NCBI RefSeq assembly: GCF_030036835.1 | Contig: NZ_CP124496.1 | Length of the DNA stretch: 24,000 nucleotides | Source: Escherichia coli | GTDB taxonomy: Bacteria; Pseudomonadota; Gammaproteobacteria; Enterobacterales; Enterobacteriaceae | Direction: 5' to 3' (one strand) | Position numbers and translations under genes: made by a program | Notes under the pieces: generated by a model | The model's input: the letters and a program-made list of their open reading frames with translations, nothing else | What the model was told of the DNA's origin: nothing | Databases searched by the model: none | Shown: one piece after another, positions 1 to 9,249 of the stretch | Numbering within the stretch: position 1 is the stretch's first letter | How the letters are laid out: each line of letters begins with the position of its first letter

Positions 1-1199
1 TTTGTCATTTCCCGGAAACCGTCCCCCGGATAGTTGACTACCGGCGGACGCTTCGCGGCCTGACTGGCGACGGCAGCCTCTTCTGCCGATGGTGCTTTGT
101 AGTCCGTGATGCGATCGGGCGTCACTTTCATCGTGCCGCTGTACCCGAGAAAACTGTAATTTGGCGTTGTGACTGAACTCACCGCCCCGTTGCTTTTGTT
201 CACACGGATGATGGTCAGCCACTCGCCCCGGCTGAAAACCTGTCCGCCCGGCTCAAAATCCTGTGTCCGGGTAACCACGCCGCCGCTTTCGTCCAGCATG
301 GCACGCTCATAGATCAGGCGGTTCTGATAGTGGTTAACCCAGCGTTGTTGATGCTGAATCTGCCGTTCATGACAGCGGATCGCAATTTCGCGGGCCTGCT
401 CCGTGGTGATGATGTCATCATCCAGGGCCGACCATAACGATCGACTTCCTTCATACTGGCTTTTTTCTGCCGGGCGCGGATACGTATCCAGCGGGAAACA
501 GGCGCTGATATGGTCATGACTGCTGATGAGTTTTGCCATATTCAGATCCAGCGATTCAGCCCGCCACATCGTCAGATATTTCTGCGACTGCGCGATGGTC
601 TTTTCAGCCTTGCGCAAATCAGCTTCGATTTTTTTGATACGACGCCAGCGAACGTCCGGACGTTCTTTATACTTCGCGTGAAGCAGTGCCGACCGCGCCC
701 GCTCTTCCCAGTATTCCGCACGTTCAAAGAGCATCACGGCTCGTTTCATGCCGTTTTCAATACGCTGCGCATCACGACGGGCGCGGCGTTCGCTGTGATG
801 CCCCACAAGAATGGGCTGACCGGGCGGGATCATCGCGGCCAGTCTTTCCACTTCATCAAGTGCCTGTGCGGATTCACTGGCCCGCTTTCCGCTGTATCCG
901 GTAAACCGCTCCGCCCGTGCTTCCTGACGTTCAGCGAGCGTGCTGTCTTCATCCTCAATCTCTCCGGCAAGTGAGAGGAGCACGTCTTCCCGGCCCGGTG
1001 TCCAGGCTGGCGCGACAAACAGCGCCTGTTTTGGTGCCCAGCGGAAACCGGCATCATGCACTTTTTTATACGTCTCCGGGTCAAGACGTGACACGGCATA
1101 CAGGCGCAGTTTGTTGTCATCCGGTGAGTAGGTCGCGCGGTACATCTGCACAGGGCTGGCGGCTTCCGGGGCGGTCATGGTGATTGCTGCTAATGTCAT
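1..1199 (-). CDS. DUF3560-like conserved plasmid leading-region protein, partial (C-terminus beyond left edge)
   Basis: Not in the supplied ORF track because it has no stop inside the window. Manual minus-strand reading from ATG at 1199-1197 gives MTLAAITMTAPEAASPVQMYRATYSPDDNKLRLYAVSRLDPETYKKVHDAGFRWAPKQALFVAPAWTPGREDVLLSL..., with the same frame still open at base 3 (...DGFREMT). SD-like AAGGAG lies just upstream (GGAAGGAGAACATTTATG). Confidence 0.85.
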   Translation of the reverse strand, partial: MTLAAITMTAPEAASPVQMYRATYSPDDNKLRLYAVSRLDPETYKKVHDAGFRWAPKQALFVAPAWTPGREDVLLSLAGEIEDEDSTLAERQEARAERFTGYSGKRASESAQALDEVERLAAMIPPGQPILVGHHSERRARRDAQRIENGMKRAVMLFERAEYWEERARSALLHAKYKERPDVRWRRIKKIEADLRKAEKTIAQSQKYLTMWRAESLDLNMAKLISSHDHISACFPLDTYPRPAEKSQYEGSRSLWSALDDDIITTEQAREIAIRCHERQIQHQQRWVNHYQNRLIYERAMLDESGGVVTRTQDFEPGGQVFSRGEWLTIIRVNKSNGAVSSVTTPNYSFLGYSGTMKVTPDRITDYKAPSAEEAAVASQAAKRPPVVNYPGDGFREMT

Positions 1200-1250
1200 A
1201 AAATGTTCTCCTTCCGTCTGTTGCCGCCCCTCGCGGGGCGGCTCACCTCA

Positions 1251-1481
1251 TCAGTTAAAAGCGCGTTTCAGTTCGAGTGTGCGGAGCACCTGCCCGAAGG
1301 CCGTGTTTTTCATGGCGGGGATGTGTACACCACGCCCCCGGTGAAAACTCCGGGCAATGTGTCGCCCGAAGGCTTTCAGCACGGGGTCAATTTCCGGCGC
1401 GGGGATGTCTTCGCGTCTGAAACGGGGATGACGGCGGGGCTTTACAGCCGCTGCGGAAGGTGAAACAATACTTACTGTCAT
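1251..1481 (-). CDS. Small conserved plasmid leading-region protein (76 aa), unknown function
   Basis: Complete ORF in the same orientation as its neighbours; AAGAGG-like SD; located directly upstream of the DUF3560-like gene. Confidence 0.6.
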   Translation of the reverse strand: MTVSIVSPSAAAVKPRRHPRFRREDIPAPEIDPVLKAFGRHIARSFHRGRGVHIPAMKNTAFGQVLRTLELKRAFN

Positions 1482-2516
1482 AATTTAGCCTCTTATGACG
1501 TTAATTAATGAAACCGTAAAGACTGTTCGTGCAGTCTCTGCGGTGTGGATTAAGCAGGTCCCTGACCTGCTTTTTTCATATCTGCGTCTGACGTTCTCCG
1601 GTGTTTTCCTCCTTCTGTTCCTGCGTTCTCATTACCTGCCAGCCGGATGACTGACAGAACACATAAATGCGTATTGCCGGAGCCTGAAATAAATCCTGAT
1701 TTTTAAAGAACATCACCCGTTGAGTTTCGGGAGCCGCGGTTTTGACGTTTCGCGGGAACCTGCTGCTGTATACCCTGTGGTATGAACTTCACCCGTTTGA
1801 GAACCTTCGCCGCAAGGGGCATCACTGCCACGGCCTGACGCACCTGTCCTGGGCAGAACGCAAAATTTTTTACCGGGTTTTGGGTAAAAAATTTTGTGGG
1901 CTGTTCATTTACCCTGGACAGTCAGTGCGGCAGGTTGTGGCTGTATCAGCCCCCGGCGACAGGGACTCATACGGGTGTGTGGCACCCGGCAGGCAATGAG
2001 CAGGGGCCCGCTGCAACGACGAAGAGCGCGTGCGCGAAACGGCGTTGCGCCTTACATCCCGGAGGCCTTTTGCCGGGATGCCGGGAGCGCAGGCCACGGC
2101 GCGACAGAGGCGGCGCGACCGGAACGGTCGCTGCAAGCCGGGGGTTTTCACGCATCGGACCGTAGCGACAGCCCGAAACCGCGCCAGCGGGTTCGGCGGA
2201 GACTGGCGGGTGCGCCAGCAGCTGCCTGTCGGAGTCGGGCCTGACGACCGGATGCCGCCAGGCAGCCGGGAGCCGAAGGTGCGTCCGGCAGACAGAACAA
2301 CACTGCAGTAGTCAGAATCAGAGCAGCAGATAAAGGAACAACAACATCAGGAACAGTTCCATAACATAAGAAAGAAACACTCCTGAGTCAGACACATCAC
2401 AGACGGGAAGGGTAACGGGCGACGCGCCAGCGTGGCCCGCTTCCCTTCCGGCAGGCGTCAGCCTGCCAGGGGTTTTCGCGCGGGCTGACAGGCGGCCTCC
2501 ACCGCCTGCCCCTGTA

Positions 2517-2708
2517 TCACCTGTTTCTGCTGCCCTGTAAGATGTAGTGGCCGCCCAGGAAAACCGCCTGCTGATTCGCCACAAAATCGCAGATTTCATC
2601 AACAATCTGCGCGGTGGTGAGCGGTTTCTGCCCCATTTCACGACGCCGCGCATTAATCACGGCCCTGTAATTACGCAGAATTTCGCGGGTTTCTGTGCTG
2701 ATATTCAT
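2517..2708 (-). CDS. Small conserved plasmid protein (63 aa)
   Basis: Overlaps the 3' end of the upstream 140-aa CDS by 4 nt, consistent with translational coupling; coherent product MNISTETREILRNYRAVINARRREMGQKPLTTAQIVDEICDFVANQQAVFLGGHYIL. Confidence 0.7.
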   Translation of the reverse strand: MNISTETREILRNYRAVINARRREMGQKPLTTAQIVDEICDFVANQQAVFLGGHYILQGSRNR

Positions 2709-3127
2709 GACATCGTCTCCCCGTCCAGCGCCTGTAACACAACGTCCATTGCTTCGCGTTCCTCCCTGACGAATGCGTCACCGTCGCCCCCGTTCTCACT
2801 CCCGACGGCATACAGGCGCTTCATTTCACTGCCTGCCAGCGCCATCACTTTTTCCAGCATCACCGCCGGGACTGTCACCTGACGGCTGGCGCGCTTTTCT
2901 TCCATCAGTTCACGAACAACGCCGTGAACAACGCTGACATCCGCACCATATTCAAAGGCATCGTCCAGCCGCTGCATGACGGTTTCCAGCTCATCGTCTG
3001 TCAGACTCCAGTCCTGGGCTATGTGACGCACATCCCCACGGGTCAGCACTACGGCAAAAACGCATTCACTGTCCGGCACGTCTGTATCCAGCACTTCGCG
3101 GATAATTTCTTTAACAGTACAGTACAT
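2705..3127 (-). CDS. DUF1380-like family protein (140 aa)
   Basis: Shares the motif RQVTVPAxxL followed by an alanine-rich helix with the 144-aa ORF at 6192-6626; near-identical RBS/start context (AAAGGAGACGAGAACATGTA). Confidence 0.7.
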   Translation of the reverse strand: MYCTVKEIIREVLDTDVPDSECVFAVVLTRGDVRHIAQDWSLTDDELETVMQRLDDAFEYGADVSVVHGVVRELMEEKRASRQVTVPAVMLEKVMALAGSEMKRLYAVGSENGGDGDAFVREEREAMDVVLQALDGETMS

Positions 3128-3173
3128 GTTCTCGTCTCCTTTACAGGGGCGGCATTGCCGCCCCGTCCGTTAA

Positions 3174-3599
3174 TCAGTCCAGAGCCGCGTAAATCGCGTT
3201 GCATTCGGGGTGAAATTCGATGTGACGCCACAACTGCGCATCGCGCATCCGGTAAAGCTGGGTCAGTCCTGCATCCCCGCTGTCGTGGTACAGCCACAAC
3301 TGGCGGTTAATCACAAGGGAGGTCAGGATGATGCCTGCGGCATCAGCACTCACGGTACGGTCAAACCAGTTTGCACCGTTCACCATGTGGAAACGGTCGC
3401 CATCCGGCATCATGTAACCGCCACCGTCCGGCAGGCGGATGAAGTGCCAGAAGCCTCCCTGATATTCCGGCATCATTTTTTGCGCCAGCGCGTACACATA
3501 CGCCTCGGCATACAGAAAATCGTTGCCAAACAGATACGGCAGAAAGGAGAGACGGTCGCACTCTTCAACATTCAGAGTGACAGGTTTCGCATATTGCAT
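3174..3599 (-). CDS. klcA: Antirestriction protein, ArdB/KlcA family
   Basis: 141 aa, [67 protein letters not shown]..., recognisable KlcA sequence; SD CGGAGG upstream. Confidence 0.93.
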   Translation of the reverse strand: MQYAKPVTLNVEECDRLSFLPYLFGNDFLYAEAYVYALAQKMMPEYQGGFWHFIRLPDGGGYMMPDGDRFHMVNGANWFDRTVSADAAGIILTSLVINRQLWLYHDSGDAGLTQLYRMRDAQLWRHIEFHPECNAIYAALD

Positions 3600-3994
3600 G
3601 ATGTTTTCCTCCGTTGTTCACATATTCCGCGACACCGGGCGGTGCCGTGCCTCCATAAAAGCCGGGCGAACAGGCGGGGATGCAGGGGCGCAAGGGAAGC
3701 CGCAGCCTGACGCACACGGCTGACGGGAGTTGCAGGGTGAGACCGCGAAATCTGAGCGGGTGAACGACCGGAAAATCACGGCAGACGGGAAGGAGGGACC
3801 GGGTGACCGCAGCGGCGAAGCGTACCCTTGCATCAACGCCAGCCCGGCTACGATGGAGGCACGGCACAGCCCGCACACGACGCTGAGGCCACATAACTGA
3901 AAAACCACAAGGCCATGCCCTGCATGGCCGGGTAAAGCGGAGCCGGCGGCGACTTCCTTTGTGCTCTGTCCGGGGACCGGCAGGAAAAAGGCGG

Positions 3995-4004
3995 GGATTT
4001 ACCC
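3995..4004. repeat. Left copy of the IS target site duplication GGATTTACCC
   Basis: Identical to 5344-5353 across the element. Confidence 0.9.
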
Positions 4005-5343
4005 CATAAGCGCTAACTTAAGGGTTGAACCATCTGAAGAATGCGACGCCTCGGTGCCTCGTTAAGACGATGCCTCGCGTTCTTCAATTGCGTTTTGTAG
4101 GCTGTCAGGGATACTGTCCCACGAATGGCCACCTGTAAGCTCCAGATGACCATTTTTGTTATTCTCCACAACGAGTTAGTTCTTCTTTTCGGATCCGGCA
4201 CTTCTGGGGGGGAAATCCAGCGATGGCTGGATTATGTCGTCAATTAAAAATGCGGCGAGTAGATTAGCAAATATCCACGCTTTCGCGAGTTCAGGTTCCT
4301 TTGCACGCAAAGCATCCAGGTGCAGCAAACTTTTGAGCCGCTTAAAAGCCAGTTCAATTTGCCATCGCAGACGGTAACAATCAGCCACTTGCTCTGCTGA
4401 ATATTCATCTTCCGGTAATGATGTTAGCAATAGCACATGGCCCGCTGCTTCCAGCGTTTCCGCCTGAACTACTCGTCCTTTTCGACGATTCTCGCTGAGC
4501 AGTCGGGTTTTACTGATTAATGCTTTTTCGGGAGGAAGTGATACGGCAATGAGACGTGCCGGAAAGGGAGCTCCGGCTTTTTTATTACCTGAATTGCCTA
4601 TCATTACAGTGGTTTCACCGTTCTTACCGCAATCCAGCCCGCGCAGAAAACCCATCATGTCAAAGCGCATTCCTTCTGCAGTTAACCAGCGCAATCCTCG
4701 CCAGTGAACCCGGACGATATAATCAGCTTCTCCAAAAGCAAGTGAGCGGATACATTCGGGACGCGAACCGAATCCCCGGTCAGCAATGCGTATCTCGTCT
4801 GCCGTTTGCGCAAATCGGTCCAGCCGTTCAGCGTCTCTGCTGTCGGTTAGCTCAAAATCAGTGAACTGACAGGTATGAGGATCATATCCCATATGTAGTC
4901 GCCATTCAGCGCTGCCGCCCCCGGGCGCACTGATTGCTGTTCCATCGACAAGACGCAATCTCTTTCCGCTTGTACAACCCGTAACTGCGGCGCGTACAGC
5001 AAGTGTTTGTGCGGCAAGTATGCCAAACCAGTCGGCGGCATTCCGCAGCCGCTTCAGGAGAGCCACGTCAGATAATGTTGCAACGTCATGGAGCTGAGCC
5101 CATGCAGTGACTTCACGTAATGACATCCCCCCGGGGCCGTAAGCCAGCCCCAGACGTAGCAGAGTTGCAGCATCACGAATTTCGCGGCGGCGGGTTAGAG
5201 CCCCGGCATTACGTGCCGAAGTATCCAGTTCTTCGGGCTTACCAATATGGGCCAGAATTGCTGACCAGTTATCGTGAGAGTAATTCATCGGCACGTTAAA
5301 TCATATCAGGCGTAATACCACAACCCTTAAGTTAGCGCTTATG
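4005..5343 (-). mobile_element. IS186-type insertion sequence (IS4 family), complete, 1339 bp
   Basis: Perfect 23-bp terminal inverted repeats CATAAGCGCTAACTTAAGGGTTG / CAACCCTTAAGTTAGCGCTTATG at 4005-4027 and 5321-5343, flanked by direct repeat GGATTTACCC (3995-4004 and 5344-5353). Confidence 0.95.
4176..5294 (-). CDS. IS186-type (IS4-family) transposase; likely start at the internal MNYSHDNW (5288)
   Basis: MNYSHDNWSAILAHIGKPEELDTSARNAGALTRRREIRDAATLLRLGLAYGPGG...; YRLRWQIELAFKRLKSLLHLD is the YREK-like C-terminal signature of IS4-family transposases. Confidence 0.95.
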   Translation of the reverse strand: MPMNYSHDNWSAILAHIGKPEELDTSARNAGALTRRREIRDAATLLRLGLAYGPGGMSLREVTAWAQLHDVATLSDVALLKRLRNAADWFGILAAQTLAVRAAVTGCTSGKRLRLVDGTAISAPGGGSAEWRLHMGYDPHTCQFTDFELTDSRDAERLDRFAQTADEIRIADRGFGSRPECIRSLAFGEADYIVRVHWRGLRWLTAEGMRFDMMGFLRGLDCGKNGETTVMIGNSGNKKAGAPFPARLIAVSLPPEKALISKTRLLSENRRKGRVVQAETLEAAGHVLLLTSLPEDEYSAEQVADCYRLRWQIELAFKRLKSLLHLDALRAKEPELAKAWIFANLLAAFLIDDIIQPSLDFPPRSAGSEKKN

Positions 5344-5353
5344 GGATTTACCC
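5344..5353. repeat. Right copy of the IS target site duplication GGATTTACCC
   Basis: Identical to 3995-4004. Confidence 0.9.
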
Positions 5354-5364
5354 CGCCAGTGTCA

Positions 5365-6141
5365 TCATTTCCGGATTTTTGCCAGGGCATCCGCCATGCT
5401 GCGGATTTCGGTCCGGGCTTCCCGGACCACCTCCCGCAGAACACCACGGTCAAACCAGCGGCGGGGCGGTTCATCCGGTATACGCAGCACATCGCAGGCC
5501 AGCCCACTGGACAGGATATGCTCAATACACTCACTGACCAGATACATTTCCACCGACGAAAAACGTGCTCCCCGGTTCACGATGGCATCGAGCACCACGG
5601 GCAGGTTTTCGTCATCTTCATCGAGCCAGCAGGGGTGATCGCTTTCCTTCACGACCAGGCGAAAGCGGCGCGTCTGGCGGGTCAGCAACGTCTGACCGGT
5701 GGTGGTCAGCGCCGCACGGATACGCCGCGCATCTTCTGCCACCTGGTAACAGATGCTTCGTACCGCATCGTGCACCGCATCAAGAACAGCCCTGATTTCG
5801 TCTTCGGTCAGCCATTCTCCGGCATACGGGAAAGACACCTGCGTTCCGTCTGCCGGAAGTACCGGCAGCGACTGCCACTGACTGCCGGACAGTACCAGTT
5901 CCGCCCCGGTTCCGGTCAGTCTCTGAATGGCGGAGGCCAGGAGCGGCGGCAGTACGCCGCCGTGACGGTTGATAAGTAACGTCGCCAGCCGGGGCGCATC
6001 CAGCCGCACGTAAATGCTGATCCAGCCCGGATAGTTCGGATTTCGCTGGTCAACATCCGTCTCTTCCGGCCAGCCCTGCGCCAGCAGCAGGTTACGGGCG
6101 TGACGACAAATCAGTGCGTTCAGCGTGCTGTTTTCGTTCAT
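5365..6141 (-). CDS. Conserved plasmid leading-region protein (258 aa from [17 protein letters not shown]), unknown function
   Basis: The track ORF extends to 6192. The ATG at 6141 has a good SD (CAGGGAGAACGCTTAATCATG) and follows a 10-bp-stem hairpin, so 6141 is the preferred start. Confidence 0.75.
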   Translation of the reverse strand: MNENSTLNALICRHARNLLLAQGWPEETDVDQRNPNYPGWISIYVRLDAPRLATLLINRHGGVLPPLLASAIQRLTGTGAELVLSGSQWQSLPVLPADGTQVSFPYAGEWLTEDEIRAVLDAVHDAVRSICYQVAEDARRIRAALTTTGQTLLTRQTRRFRLVVKESDHPCWLDEDDENLPVVLDAIVNRGARFSSVEMYLVSECIEHILSSGLACDVLRIPDEPPRRWFDRGVLREVVREARTEIRSMADALAKIRK

Positions 6142-6191
6142 GATTAAGCGTTCTCCCTGTATCGCCGCCCGCAGGGCAGGCGGCGATAACA

Positions 6192-6626
6192 TCAGTTGTT
6201 TTCGTGTGTGTTGTTTTTCAGCAGGGTGCGGGCCTGATTAACCACCGCCTGACGGCGGGTAACGCATTCCGGGACGGCGAGGCCGTTATCACGGGCGGCC
6301 CACTCACGTTTCCACAGTGCCTGTTCAGCGGTCTGAATCAGGGACGCCAGCAGTTCAGCAGGGACGGTCACCTGGCGGTTTTCGCTCACGTTGCTGATAA
6401 TCTCCATCACCGCGGCGGAAGAAATACCGGATTCAGTCCGCTGGTCTTCCGGGATGTCCTCCATGCGCGCCAGGACGGTCCTGATTTCATGATCGGTCAG
6501 AGAAATTTCCATACCGTCAGCCAGTGCCTGAATCTCTTCCGGGGACCAGATAACCAGCATCAGCGGCGCGTCTCCCGGATACTTTGCTGCCAGCTCCCGG
6601 CATAGCGTTTCGCATGTTCCGTACAT
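6192..6626 (-). CDS. DUF1380-like family protein (144 aa)
   Basis: [38 protein letters not shown]...[22 protein letters not shown]; SD AAGGAGACGAGAATG matches the paralogue at 2705-3127. Confidence 0.8.
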   Translation of the reverse strand: MYGTCETLCRELAAKYPGDAPLMLVIWSPEEIQALADGMEISLTDHEIRTVLARMEDIPEDQRTESGISSAAVMEIISNVSENRQVTVPAELLASLIQTAEQALWKREWAARDNGLAVPECVTRRQAVVNQARTLLKNNTHENN

Positions 6627-6639
6627 TCTCGTCTCCTTC

Positions 6640-6861
6640 TCAATCTTTGAAGCAGGAATCCAGTTCCAGAATTTCGGTATACGCCTCCATGAACAGGCGA
6701 TTGGCGCGATACAGCGTCTGGCGTGTCAGGCGTTCAACAAGCACATCGGAATCAAAGCGACAGCGATGCTCCATATCGTTCAGCCTGGCCCGAAGGTCAC
6801 ACATGGTGTTGGCCACCTCCGCCACGTCGGCGCGAAGTTTTTCGTGTCCGGCATAGTTCAT
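6640..6861 (-). CDS. Small conserved plasmid protein (73 aa), predicted helical
   Basis: Starts immediately after the stop of the methyltransferase gene (6862), co-directional and operon-like. Confidence 0.65.
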   Translation of the reverse strand: MNYAGHEKLRADVAEVANTMCDLRARLNDMEHRCRFDSDVLVERLTRQTLYRANRLFMEAYTEILELDSCFKD

Positions 6862-7545
6862 TTACGCAGCCTCCGGCATAAACCAGTCATCATTCGCGGC
6901 CCCCTGCTGCATGGCCCGTTGCACGGCGGCAAGGCGTTGCTGCCCGGCACGGTGATACTGCTCAAGCAGCTCGATACCGATATACCGGCGTCCGGACTGG
7001 AGGGCGGCGACGCAGGTTGAGCCGCTGCCTGCAAACGGGTCCAGCACAATTGCGTTCGGGTGTGTGAAGCTCTCAATCAGCGGTTGCAGGCTGGTAACGG
7101 GCTTTTCCGTCGGGTGATGACGATTGCCAGAATATTTCCAGCCCAGCACGTCCGGCAGCGGGTTTTGTGGCAGACGTGGACGGCCTTTTGCCAGGATGTA
7201 GGCGCATTCGTGGCGATAGCCCACATATGCGGCCTTCGATGTGTAGTTTTTGGTGAAGACCAGGTGACCAACAACGCTGAATCCCGCATTTTTCCAGGCG
7301 GCCATAAAGCGATCGACGCGGTTCCAGCCGTAGAAGCTCACCATCAGCGCGTCTTTTTTGAGTACGCGGTACATTTCATTACAGGCCGGTTGCAGCCATT
7401 CATCGGTTTTATCGCCGGCGATGGTGCGCCCGGAACGGTCACGAAAACCGACGAGATATGGCGGGTCAGTTAATATGAAATCAATGGCGTTATCAGGGAT
7501 ACGCGTCATAACATCGATGCAGTTACCAAGGACAAAACGGGACAT
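6862..7545 (-). CDS. Site-specific DNA (N6-adenine) methyltransferase, orphan plasmid type
   Basis: FILTDPPYLVGFRDRSG (DPPY catalytic motif IV) and VLDPFAGSGSTCVAALQSGRRYIGIEL (motif I, FxGxG); SD AAGGAG 9 nt upstream. Confidence 0.92.
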   Translation of the reverse strand: MSRFVLGNCIDVMTRIPDNAIDFILTDPPYLVGFRDRSGRTIAGDKTDEWLQPACNEMYRVLKKDALMVSFYGWNRVDRFMAAWKNAGFSVVGHLVFTKNYTSKAAYVGYRHECAYILAKGRPRLPQNPLPDVLGWKYSGNRHHPTEKPVTSLQPLIESFTHPNAIVLDPFAGSGSTCVAALQSGRRYIGIELLEQYHRAGQQRLAAVQRAMQQGAANDDWFMPEAA

Positions 7546-7889
7546 AACAACGCTCCTTCTCTTACAGAGGGCACCGGGAGGGCCCCCCTGTGGTGCCCGT
7601 TCCCCGCTGCCTGTGGGCTGTTCACCGCGTCCGGTAACGGGTCAGGCCGACCGTGGAATATCGCAGCCGTCGTCTTTTTGACGGCGAGAATATGCCGCGA
7701 AAGCGGCTTGAAGGGCGTTCATCAGAAAAGGGCGACAGGCTGGCGTACACTGTCACCGGTGCCAGCCGGAAGCAGTAAAAGCGCCCGTCCCGTGCCCGCC
7801 GGACGCGGGACACTGACCACAGGCAGCGTTCCTGCCGCGCCGCGTCAGCCGGCGCAGTAAAAAGAGGAGCACGGCGACATCCTTTGTCG

Positions 7890-7918
7890 GAAAAGAAACG
7901 GGCGGTTGCCCGCCCGTC
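7890..7918 (-). terminator. Rho-independent terminator downstream of the DUF1281-like gene
   Basis: Minus strand reads ACGGGCGG-GCAA-CCGCCCGT followed by TTCTTTT; 12 nt past the stop at 7930. Confidence 0.7.
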
Positions 7919-7929
7919 TCCGTCATACT

Positions 7930-8856
7930 TCATCCCCCGTAATGCGCCACCTTGTCGACTATCCACTCCGGCGCGGTGACTTCCGGCAGCTCATCATCAT
8001 CTGTCGGGGAAGACCATTCCAGTTCCCCCCACAGCACATCAACAAGCTCTCCACGCTCATATCGCTGCCAGCCACAGAAATTGCAGCCCTGTTCGGCGTA
8101 CCAGTGCTCCAGCGTGCAGCCGAAACGGCGGCTTAATTCTGCAACAACGTTGCTTTCCGGCTGACACCACGGCGTGTCGAAATCCACTTGAATGAAGTTT
8201 TCTCCCTGACGGCTGATATTCACCTCATACCCCACAGGCCACTTCACGCCATACTGTTCCGTATACCAGTGATACGCAGAAGGAACACCGTTCAGAACAC
8301 CACCGTTAAAGCCATTCACTTCAACATCCAGGCGGGTGGGCAGAACCGTCAGCAGGTCAAACGGCATGGTTTTTTCCGGCAGTACATTGTCACACAGACG
8401 GTTCCACCACACCGATACATCCTCGTTACTCCAGAAGCCACACCAGTCACCTCTTTTTGCGGTGAAATGCACGGTGATGGTTTCCCTGACCTCATCCGGT
8501 AATCCTTCCCAGCGACGCTGGCCAGTACCACTCTGCAGCCAGAGTTCATGCAGCATCAGGCCGTTTTGCTCATCCAGCAGTACACCGTTCTGCAGGTGTG
8601 TCAGCCAGCGGGTGAACGCGATATTCTCCGGCGATACAACACCACGTCCGGCATCCGTCAGTCCGGGGCACGGTTCAAACTGCACATCTTCAGTGGTCTG
8701 CAGAAGTCCGGCACTTCCGGCCAGAAACAGCTGAATACCTTCATTTGTGGCGCGGCGATAAAGCGGTGTGACGGCACCGCTGGCCAGTCGTTTAATCTCA
8801 GCAATCTGTGCCGGTTCACCAGAAAAATGCATACGATTCGAGCACCAGTTTGGCAT
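7930..8856 (-). CDS. DUF1281/Api92-like ferredoxin-fold domain protein (308 aa from MPNWCSNRMHF)
   Basis: MPNWCSNRMHFSGEPAQIAEIKRL...FDLLTVLPTRLDVEVNGFNGG...W...YGVKWPVGYEV; the track ORF begins at 8901, but the ATG at 8856 has SD GAGAGGAGA. Confidence 0.85.
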   Translation of the reverse strand: MPNWCSNRMHFSGEPAQIAEIKRLASGAVTPLYRRATNEGIQLFLAGSAGLLQTTEDVQFEPCPGLTDAGRGVVSPENIAFTRWLTHLQNGVLLDEQNGLMLHELWLQSGTGQRRWEGLPDEVRETITVHFTAKRGDWCGFWSNEDVSVWWNRLCDNVLPEKTMPFDLLTVLPTRLDVEVNGFNGGVLNGVPSAYHWYTEQYGVKWPVGYEVNISRQGENFIQVDFDTPWCQPESNVVAELSRRFGCTLEHWYAEQGCNFCGWQRYERGELVDVLWGELEWSSPTDDDELPEVTAPEWIVDKVAHYGG

Positions 8857-9249
8857 GGGAATTCTCCTCTCACATGCGGCCTCCATCAGGCCGTGCCGCA
8901 CCTGTAACCGGGCGACCGCATACGAATGCAGGTGCGGCCCCGAAGCCGCAGCGCGTGGAGGAGGAACGACGAAACGTGACCGGGTGAGGAGGCCGGCGAC
9001 AGCGACACACTTGCATCGGATGCAGCCCGGTTAACGTGCCGGCACGGCCTGGGTAACCAGGTATTTTGTCCACATAACCGTGCGCAAAATGTTGTGGATA
9101 AGCAGGACACAGCAGCAATCCACAGCAGGCATACAACCGCACACCGAGGTTACTCCGTTCTACAGGTTACGACGACATGTCAATACTTGCCCTTGACAGG
9201 CATTGATGGAATCGTAGTCTCACGCTGATAGTCTGATCGACAATACAAG

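Noticed and set aside
1742-2244. Plus-strand ORFs of 85-116 aa in the GC-rich gap
   Set aside because: Low-complexity, Arg/Ala/Pro-rich shadow products with no RBS, mutually overlapping on both strands; typical GC-driven spurious ORFs.
3565-3908. ORFs of 96 and 109 aa on the minus strand upstream of klcA
   Set aside because: Cys/Arg/Pro-rich products lacking an RBS and coherent domains; more likely the 5' leader region of klcA.
7060-7473. 137-aa plus-strand ORF antisense to the methyltransferase
   Set aside because: The opposite strand encodes a clear DNA methyltransferase with catalytic motifs; the antisense ORF is a codon-bias shadow.
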